DNA of 32,353 bases. Origin: Octopus bimaculoides. Taxonomy: Eukaryota. Shown piece after piece: positions 23,866 to 32,353 of this stretch. The notes beneath the pieces were generated by a model. It saw only the letters and a program-made list of their open reading frames with translations, did not search any database and had not been told where the DNA came from. The DNA is taken from contig NC_068995.1 of the NCBI RefSeq assembly GCF_001194135.2, forward strand, positions 46,112,325 to 46,144,677, written 5' to 3'. Position numbers and translations under genes: made by a program. Numbering within the stretch: position 1 is the first letter of the stretch; each line of letters opens with the position of its first letter.

Positions 23866-23919
<54 letters not shown>

Positions 23920-24424
23920 GGAGAGGGAGAGAGGACCTCTGTCATTTAGCGAGGAGAATTGAGCTGTAGATGTTCGATCACCGAAGTTACCTGCCCCTGA
24001 ATTAACGTGTAAGCGACTGAGTGTGTATGACAAGGACGTACCTTTTCGAATTACGGGTGCAATTCACAGGTTGTATTTGTGATCTGCGAATTAGCTGGTT
24101 CATTTCTTTTTCAAAAATCCTTAGCTTATCCAAATGGTCACTTAGGCATTTATTCACAACATGAAGTGCACCAATTATTATTTGTATAAAGGTGGATTTA
24201 TAATCTGGGTATAGAAGCTAGAGATTTCGAAGCAGCTGTCCCTATTACTGCCTTCGTCAAGTGTTCTGGAAATATACCCATGTATAATCTCGCTTTTCGT
24301 ATGCCGAACGTATCACATCCAAGTCTTCTTTGAGGTTTGCTAGTCCGGCTGTTTTGGGGTTGTATGACATGTCATCAGGAAGAGAGTGCATTTTAAGGAG
24401 CTCACTTCCGACGCGTAAGTATAT

Positions 24425-24548
24425 ATTTGTGTGTGTGTTTGTACCATCGCCATCGCTTGATAACCGATACTGGTGTTTATTTCACCTTAACTTAGCGGAT
24501 AGAATAAGTACTAGGCTTACAAAGAATATGTCCTGGGGTCTATTTGTC
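24425..24548 (+). mobile_element. Family A SINE, internally deleted 3' fragment
   Basis: catcgcttgataaccgatactggtgttt...aacttagcgg / atagaataagtactaggcttacaaagaatatgtcctggggtc. Confidence 0.8.
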
Positions 24549-26492
24549 TCCGATGACGGAATATCCCATATTCTGGGATAACTCAGAAACAGCTGTAAGA
24601 TTGAATTGTTTTTCAATAATAATAATATTGTATATAACTTGAGATGTTTGCTTTGCCTTAAAATTTGTTGTCCTCTTTGGCAATTGTATATATTGTATAT
24701 AATATATATATNNNNNNNNNNNNNNNNNNNNNNNNNNNNNNNNNNNNNNNNNNNNNNNNNNNNNNNNNNNNNNNNNNNNNNNNNNNNNNNNNNNNNNNNN
24801 NNNNNNNNNNNNNNNNNNNNNNNNNNNNNNNNNNNNNNNNNNNNNNNNNNNNNNNNNNNNNNNNNNNNNNNNNNNNNNNNNNNNNNNNNNNNNNNNNNNN
24901 NNNNNNNNNNNNNNNNNNNNNNNNNNNNNNNNNNNNNNNNNNNNNNNNNNNNNNNNNNNNNNNNNNNNNNNNNNNNNNNNNNNNNNNNNNNNNNNNNNNN
25001 NNNNNNNNNNNNNNNNNNNNNNNNNNNNNNNNNNNNNNNNNNNNNNNNNNNNNNNNNNNNNNNNNNNNNNNNNNNNNNNNNNNNNNNNNNNNNNNNNNNN
25101 NNNNNNNNNNNNNNNNNNNNNNNNNNNNNNNNNNNNNNNNNNNNNNNNNNNNNNNNNNNNNNNNNNNNNNNNNNNNNNNNNNNNNNNNNNNNNNNNNNNN
25201 NNNNNNNNNNNNNNNNNNNNNNNNNNNNNNNNNNNNNNNNTATATATATATATATATATATATATCCGTCTCTCTGTATTTTTTCCTCTTCACTGTCTCT
25301 GCGGTTTGACATGTCACCAAACAGTGAGATCCTTGTCCATCTGAAAGGATAGAAGCGTTTGTGACATATTGGAAAGAACAGACGATCATCTAGAGAGAAA
25401 AGACAGTCACATAAAAATGGCTTGTGGCTGGGGTTAAGAGCAAATACTGGGGGTCACTTATAACAGGTTGTTGACAAAAGGCTGACAGACAATAGGGAGA
25501 GAACATAAAAGGGCTGAATGGAAAAAAGACACACACACACACACACACTATACATATACTCTACACACACTTTTGTGAATATATATGTATATGTATATAT
25601 GTGTATGTGCATGTATATGTTTGTATGTGTACTTCTATATATGCGCATGTGTATGAATGTATGTATGGTCTAAAGCTAATAAACATAAGAACAACACGAG
25701 AACAAAGGTTAACATGTGTGTGTGTGTGTGTGCGTGCGTGCGTGTGTGCGTGTGTGTGCGTGTGTGTCTATGTATATATATATATTGTGTGTGTATACAT
25801 ATATATTACGTTCTTTACATATATTGTTTGTGCATATGCATATGTATGTGTGTATGTGTGTGTGTTTACATTTACAAACAAGAGCATTGTAGGGTGTGTG
25901 AAAGCAGGTGGGTATGTGAATGTAGGTGGGTGTAAGTGTGTGTGTGTGTGTGCTACCAAATAGAATCTCCCATTTTTTGCCCGCTCCATCACTGCCACGT
26001 GTCCGTCGTCGCATTTAACCTTAATGGACCAGAACCATTTGTTGATGACAACAAACATGAACGCGGTGGATGATGAAGAAGTTGGTGGAGGCAGAGGAAG
26101 AGAAAGTGAAAGTAGGAGAGTTGACGTAGACGGTTAAGAGGATGAAGAAGACGAGGTGTACGCCTGTAATATATCATAAGCATTAATATTATTTTTGGCA
26201 TTAACAGTAGACCGGAGGCAGGGGGACTTTTAGTGACTATCTCGATGAACTGTTGCAACGGGCGACAAACACTAAATTGGAGATTTGGAAAACATGATAA
26301 CAGCCGCTGCAATACAATTGACAGTAATTAGTTGAACGAAAGTTCAAATCGCCTGGTTCCAAATTATTTGGTTATAAATCGCCTGGTTCTAAAGCCTTGG
26401 ATTTGTCCTTCCCTACCTTAGTAAATGTTGCATGCAACAGATTGTAAACATCCCTTGTCCAATTTTTTTATGGAGCAGTGGTACTTATGATG

Positions 26493-27101
26493 GTGGAAGC
26501 GCAATGGCCCAGTGGTTAGGGCAGCGGACTGGCGGTCATACGATCGCGGTTTCGATTCCCAGACCGGGCGTTGTGAGTGTTTATTGAGCGAAAACACCTA
26601 AAAGTTCCACAAGGCTCCGGCAGAGGATGGTGGCGAACCCTGCTGTACTCTTTCACCACAACTTTCTCTCACTCTTACTTCCTGTTTCCGTTGTGCCTGT
26701 AATTCAAAGGGTCAGCCTTGTCACGCTGAATATCCCCGAGAACTACGTTAAGGGTACACGTGTCTGTGGAGTGCTCAGCCACTTGCACGTTAATTTGACG
26801 AGCAGGATGTTCCGTNNNNNNNNNNACCTAAAAGTTCCACAAGGCTCCGGCAGAGGATGGTGGCGAACCCTGCTGTACTCTTTCACCACAACTTTCTCTC
26901 ACTCTTACTTCCTGTTTCCGTTGTGCCTGTAATTCAAAGGGTCAGCCTTGTCACGCTGAATATCCCCGAGAACTACGTTAAGGGTACACGTGTCTGTGGA
27001 GTGCTCAGCCACTTGCACGTTAATTTGACGAGCAGGATGTTCCGTTGATCGGATCAACTGGAACCCTCGACGTCGTAAGCGACGGAGTGCCAACAACAAC
27101 A
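26493..27101 (+). mobile_element. tRNA-derived SINE, family C, full length with 10-bp TSD; 220 bp doubled by an assembly gap
   Basis: A-box tggcccagtgg, B-box-like ggtttcgattccc and (CAA)n tail. TSD acttatgatg at 26483-26492 and 27102-27111. 26596-26815 is identical to 26826-27045 across 10 Ns. Confidence 0.9.
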
Positions 27102-27373
27102 ACTTATGATGAAGGATCTGAACAATGCTAATAGTTTATTCTCCGTAACTCAATAAACAAAATGTCTAAAGTCTGTGACAAATATTCGCAAAAGCGTTAA
27201 AACGTATCACTGATAGTATGGTCGGAGATGCGCAGATATGTGCGAAGACTTGCAGATCTATCTACGACAGGGTCCACTTCAGTCGATGCATCATAGAAAT
27301 TGTTGGTAATATACCTGGTTTCGGTAAGACACCAGTCCATTTGGTTCAATCTAAACTTTTCAGTGTTGTTTAT

Positions 27374-27573
27374 CATCAGTTTGTGGCATTAGCTCTCTAT
27401 ACAGCCGGTTCCGGGGTCGTTTTCAGAGACTGGATTGTTTTAACGTACAGCGGCATCTGCTAGATGCTCAGATTGTGTGACCATTAAATCACACGCCTGT
27501 TTTGTCAAGAATGCATATGAATGTATGCATAGATATATACACACATAATATAACCTTACCTGCATATATATAT

Positions 27574-27609
<36 letters not shown>

Positions 27610-27624
27610 TCTCTTTACTCTTTT
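27374..27624 (+). repeat. Copy 1 of ~250-bp direct duplication (copy 2 at 29984-30228)
   Basis: catcagtttgtggcattagctctctat...ccttacctgcatatata...ctctctttactctttt is shared with only a few substitutions. Copy 1 ends at an N gap. Confidence 0.9.
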
Positions 27625-29192
27625 NNNNNNNNNNNNNNNNNNNNNNNNNNNNNNNNNNNNNNNNNNNNNNNNNNNNNNNNNNNNNNNNNNNNNNNNNNNN
27701 NNNNNNNNNNNNNNNNNNNNNNNNNNNNNNNNNNNNNNNNNNNNNNNNNNNNNNNNNNNNNNNNNNNNNNNNNNNNNNNNNNNNNNNNNNNNNNNNNNNN
27801 NNNNNNNNNNNNNNNNNNNNNNNNNNNNNNNNNNNNNNNNNNNNNNNNNNNNNNNNNNNNNNNNNNNNNNNNNNNNNNNNNNNNNNNNNNNNNNNNNNNN
27901 NNNNNNNNNNNNNNNNNNNNNNNNNNNNNNNNNNNNNNNNNNNNNNNNNNNNNNNNNNNNNNNNNNNNNNNNNNNNNNNNNNNNNNNNNNNNNNNNNNNN
28001 NNNNNNNNNNNNNNNNNNNNNNNNNNNNNNNNNNNNNNNNNNNNNNNNNNNNNNNNNNNNNNNNNNNNNNNNNNNNNNNNNNNNNNNNNNNNNNNNNNNN
28101 NNNNNNNNNNNNNNNNNNNNNNNNNNNNNNNNNNNNNNNNNNNNNNNNNNNNNNNNNNNNNNNNNNNNNNNNNNNNNNNNNNNNNNNNNNNNNNNNNNNN
28201 NNNNNNNNNNNNNNNNNNNNNNNNNNNNNNNNNNNNNNNNNNNNNNNNNNNNNNNNNNNNNNNNNNNNNNNNNNNNNNNNNNNNNNTATATATATATATA
28301 TATGTAATCGAAGTTTCTATAAACCTTGATACCTGCCGCAGTGTCAAAGGGTCATATCTTTCTTATCCAGGGTTTACTTGGCAGCATTTTATAAATAGCC
28401 AGTAGAAATCTAACGATTGTTAAGATAAAATATTGCTGTCAACCTACTGTCGCTTTCAACTAAACAGTCTAAAACAACGAATTCGTGATAGTCATCGTCA
28501 GGAAAACCTTTTGGTTCACAGAGGTACCGAGAAAGAAATTCTAACAGAATATCTAAGCTTAGGTCATCTACCGCACGTATAAACAAGATCCTGTATTAAA
28601 TGAATGTATAAATTCATTAGATGAACAGATAAACAGACAGATAAAGATAATCATTAAAAAAAATATTTCTCGAGCATTGAAAACATTTAATTGAGACCTG
28701 AGTGAGATGATAGGATATAATACATAAATAAAGGAAATAAGAAGGGAAGAAATGAAGGTAGGAAGGAAGGAATAAAAGAAACAAAGAAAGAAAGAAAGAC
28801 GGAAAGAAGGTAAGAATGGCAGCTTTGTGTAAAAACAAACTGCAGAATGTTAGAAAAAGGAAGAGAGAAGGATAGAGAGTGCGAACTTAGGTATCGGAGA
28901 CAGCTGTTTCGACGTGTTACCGCGTTGAGCGGCGATAAAATGAAGTATATCAGATAACTAACTAATAATGAAGATGTCACTAACAGCGGAGATGATGGAA
29001 CAGGCAAATGAGATGACGTTCAAACTTGACCCCGACATTCTACAATTTACTTAACAATTTTAAACTGAAATACACCATGTTAGCTCAAAGTCCGCCATTA
29101 ACGTTCTCGCTGTCAGTTTTTCATACTTTCATTCTACTTTCACTTTATTACTTCCTCCCTCCCTCTCTCCTTTTCTTTGTTTCTTCGTTTCC

Positions 29193-29275
<83 letters not shown>

Positions 29276-29403
29276 TTTCTCTTCTTTCCTAACTTCTTTA
29301 TCTTCCTTTCTTTCTCATTTTCTCACATACATCTACTCATGCATTCTCCTTCTCTCTCATTCACACTCCTTTTCACGCGCGCATGCGCGGTATATCGGTG
29401 CAG

Positions 29404-29560
29404 GTATAGTGTTGCGATTAAGAAGATCGCTTCGCAGCTATGTGGTTTCACGTTCGATTGCACTTCACGGCACCTTAGTCAAGTGTTTTCTACGCTATTC
29501 CGAGCTCGATCATTACATTGTGAATGAAATTTGACAGAAAAAAACTATGTGGAAGCTTGT
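29404..29560 (+). mobile_element. Old family-A-related SINE, 5' half
   Basis: ttaagaagatcgcttcgcagctatgtggtttcacgttcgattgcacttcacggcaccttagtcaagtgttttctac is a diverged version of the family A head and body. Confidence 0.65.
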
Positions 29561-29565
<5 letters not shown>

Positions 29566-29592
<27 letters not shown>

Positions 29593-29827
29593 CATACATA
29601 CATGCATACATACATACATACTCTGTTGCTGATGTTGACATTCCAATGAAGGAACCTTGGATCTAGGTTAGAAAACAGTTCTTTCTCTATTGGCAAGAAA
29701 TCTTGAAACAAAACTGAATAATAACATACATACATACATACATACATACATACATACATAGACACATACGTACATACATACATACATACATACATACATA
29801 CATACATACATACATACGTACGTACGT
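29566..29827 (+). repeat. ~100-bp unique core (29622-29724) embedded between (CATA)n arrays; probable retroelement 3' end with tetranucleotide tail
   Basis: ctctgttgctgatgttgacattccaatgaaggaaccttggatctaggttagaaaac...aaaactgaataataa, followed and preceded by (CATA)n. Retroelement origin is inference. Confidence 0.45.
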
Positions 29828-29983
29828 ATGTTGTGGTCAATGAGGAGAATAGACGTGATACCAATAGTATCTTCACTGCCGCCTTTCATTTTTCTGTTCT
29901 CGCTGGGCACGTTATCCGTTGGTGAAATATTATTTCTATCTTCTACTTTCCTTTTTATCTCTTCAATTTCGATGTCTGTTAAC

Positions 29984-30173
29984 CATCAGTTTGTGGCATT
30001 AGCTCTCTATGCAGCCGGTTCCGGGGTCGTTTTCAGAGACTGGATTGTTTTAACGTACAGCGGCATCTGCTAGATGCTCAGATTGTGTTACCATCAAATC
30101 ACACGCCTGTTTTGTCAAGAATGCATATGAATGTATGCATAGATATATACACACATAATATAACCTTACCTGC

Positions 30174-30210
<37 letters not shown>

Positions 30211-30228
30211 CTCTCTTTACTCTTTTAC
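29984..30228 (+). repeat. Copy 2 of ~250-bp direct duplication
   Basis: See 27374-27624. Confidence 0.9.
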
Positions 30229-30266
30229 TTGTTTCAGTCATTTGACTGCGACCATACTGGAGCAAT
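30210..30266 (-). mobile_element. Family A SINE 3' tail (heavily 5'-truncated)
   Basis: Minus strand reads gctccagtatggtcgcagtcaaatgactgaaacaagtaaaagagtaaagagag. Confidence 0.85.
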
Positions 30267-30269
30267 TTT

Positions 30270-30555
30270 GCTCTCGTTGCTCTTGCCTGGTCGGCTAACC
30301 GTTGCTGACTTGTTTCGAAGAGTCCTATCTCATTCCATTTTGCTTTCATGCGTTGTCGGAATCCCCTTCACTTCTGATCCAACATTCAATTACCGTTCGG
30401 TTTGCCTCCTTATCCCACTTTCTTCTCTGCCTCTGCCTCCGTGTATAAGCAGTCTCTGGATGGCGACCGAGCCTGCGCCGCTCAACCACAGGGCACCTGC
30501 TGGGCGAAAGGCCTCCACCTTTGGTTCCAGCCTCATTAACACCATCATTTGATAC
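30270..30555 (-). pseudogene. N-terminal fragment of an R4/Dong-clade non-LTR retrotransposon ORF
   Basis: Minus strand, with one frameshift near 30365, reads GLSPSRCPVVERRRLGRHPETAYTRRQRQRRKWDKEANRTVIECWIRSE / GFRQRMKAKWNEIGLFETSQQRLADQARATR. This resembles the KW..E.N..VMECY...GYR.RM...W.E.G.F..SEQRLADQ motif of R4/Dong elements as I recall it. Confidence 0.65.
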
Positions 30556-30589
30556 ATTTTCCTTCAGCTATTTCTAGCAGGTCGGGCCA

Positions 30590-30745
30590 CCATGTAGAGC
30601 AACCAAAGGCAATTGCGGCCCGCGGTACTTTCTGAATAGCATGCCAACGAAAAATTACTTTGAATTCTTTTAAATTGTGCGGCTCACCGGAACGATGATC
30701 AATGCCTCATGCGGCCCGCTTCTCGAAAAAAGTCGCTTGAGCTGA
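30590..30745. mobile_element. Possible hAT-type MITE remnant
   Basis: gcggcccgc occurs near both ends (ttgcggcccgcgg and atgcggcccgc...aaaaaagtcgc), typical of hAT subterminal sequence. TIRs are degenerate and no TSD is seen. Confidence 0.35.
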
Positions 30746-30979
30746 AACAGTATCATCAGGTGCCAATAACGGGGGCCCCTATGTTGTGTCGTCGTCCTGC
30801 TGGAACAAGCAGTCAAATCTCCCTCATATCAATTGGTGCTTTCGTAAAATTAAAGAAAAGACGTATTGGATATGTAGTCCTAAATATAAAATATTTGAAT
30901 AAAAGGTGGAGTGGTCGTGGCTGGTATTTTTGATTATAGGTTTGGTGGATGAAGGGTTTACCTGGGGCTAAATAACATC

Positions 30980-31400
30980 AACAGCTACACCTTACCACTC
31001 TCCCTCCCTACACCACCACTACAACCACCGCTATCACCACCACCGTCACCAGCGCTACCACGACCACGATGACCACGACCATGATGACCACGACCACGAC
31101 CACTACTACTACGACGACGACCACGACCACGACCACCACCTCCACCANNNNNNNNNNNNNNNNNNNNNNNNNNNNNNNNNNNNNNNNNNNNNNNNNNNNN
31201 NNNNNNNNNNNNNNNNNNNNNNNNNNNNNNNNNNNNNNNNNNNNNNNNNNNNNNNNNNNNNNNNNNNNNNNNNNNNNNNNACCACCACCACCACCACCAC
31301 CACCTCCATCACCGCTAATGCCCTCACGCCCACACTACCGCTATGACCACATTCAACAGCGACAGCAATGACAACACCAACACTATCACTAACAAAACCA
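30980..31400. repeat. (ACC)/(ACG) trinucleotide tract spanning an N gap
   Basis: Directly visible. Confidence 0.85.
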
Positions 31401-31702
31401 ACGCAGTAATACACCCGATCGGGGTACGGTTATCCATCATCTGTCACGGTTAGAACCGTCTCAGTTACCCCCACCCACAAACATAGCTGACTCCCCAGTT
31501 ATCTCGTTAAAACTAAACTAAAACATCTGACCATCGCAGTTGTCACTCTTGGTTTTAAGTTTATGACCATCAATGCAGCATATTAAGGGTATCGGGTGGA
31601 TCTAGGCGGCTGTTCTCCTTTTAGTCGATCATAAACCAATGTTGATGTATTGTGTATGTATGCATGAATGTATGCATGCATGTTGTCTGTCTGTCTGTAT
31701 GT

Positions 31703-31927
31703 TATTTCTTTATTGTCCACAAGGGGCTACACACAGAGGGGACAAACAAGGACAGACAAACGGATTAAGTTGATTATATCGACCCCAGTGCGTAACTGGT
31801 ACTTATTTAATCGATCCTGAAAGGATGAAAGGCAAAGTCGACCTCGGCGGAATTTGAACTCAGAACGTAGCGACGGGCGAAATACCGCTAAGCATTTCGC
31901 CCGGCGTGCTAACGTTTCTGCCCGCCT
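31703..31927 (-). mobile_element. tRNA-derived SINE, family B, near full length
   Basis: Highly similar to 11524-11752, with B-box gagttcaaattcc and the same core. Confidence 0.92.
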
Positions 31928-32353
31928 TGTATGTATGTATGTATGTATATACATATACATATATATCAAGTGTTTATATATACGATATATATATGTTACA
32001 CGCGCACATACACACACGCGCGCGCAGATATATATATAAGAAATTAAAAAAGGAAAATACACACACTTTACATAGTTTTAATATATATTAGTTTTATAGG
32101 ATCTAGTTCAAAACGGGGGGCACCAGTATTTTCTTAACGAAACACTTTGAAACTTGGGACACTGGTAGAATGTGTCATATAAAACATCTTTTTCTCTTAG
32201 TCTTCTTAAGAAAAATTATTATATTGCAATTTATTTCATGTTAAAGTTGTCGTATTTCTGTAATTTCAACCAATGACTGACGTCCATTCAGCCGAATACA
32301 TTTAGTGCTGACTACGTAAACAAATGATTCTCAAACGATTCTGGCGGTGATAA

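Noticed and set aside
26495-26570. tRNA gene
   Set aside because: It is the tRNA-derived head of SINE C, continuing into a body, tail and TSD. The same applies to family A and B heads.
26596-27045. Biological tandem duplication in SINE C, and duplicated ORF MVANPAVLF...
   Set aside because: An exact 220-bp copy on either side of a 10-N spacer is the signature of unmerged contig overlap.
29378-29389. 12-bp palindrome CGCGCATGCGCG (NRF1-like site)
   Set aside because: Easily produced from the CA/CG dinucleotide repeats common here, with no supporting context.
32100-32353. Possible start of a non-autonomous DNA transposon at the window edge
   Set aside because: It looks repeat-like, but it is truncated by the window and no TIR, TSD or second copy is visible.

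Overview
AT-rich, microsatellite-dense eukaryotic DNA from a gapped short-read scaffold. About twenty N runs are present, most flanked by (AT)n or (CA)n tracts. The tRNA-derived SINE families and simple-repeat load look like an octopus genome; this is my recognition, not a database result. The only convincing host coding sequence is a minus-strand coding exon at 2476..1918. It encodes Asn/His-rich low-complexity sequence and an eh1/octapeptide motif (YSIDDILG) and ends in a consensus GT donor. It is most likely the 5' coding exon of a developmental transcription factor, probably a paired-class homeobox gene, whose DNA-binding exons are not visible (left of the window or inside a gap). The remaining ~30 kb is upstream, apparently gene-free DNA. 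It holds three tRNA-SINE families, a decayed mariner transposase, a decayed DD37D (maT-type) transposase split by a SINE, and an R4/Dong-type retrotransposon N-terminal fragment. It also holds Penelope-like short repeats (one with hammerhead-ribozyme topology), a 256-bp element with perfect 48-bp terminal inverted repeats, a ~97-bp degenerate tandem array, local duplications (at least one an assembly artefact) and many simple repeats. Almost all ORFs in the supplied track are microsatellite or N-gap artefacts.
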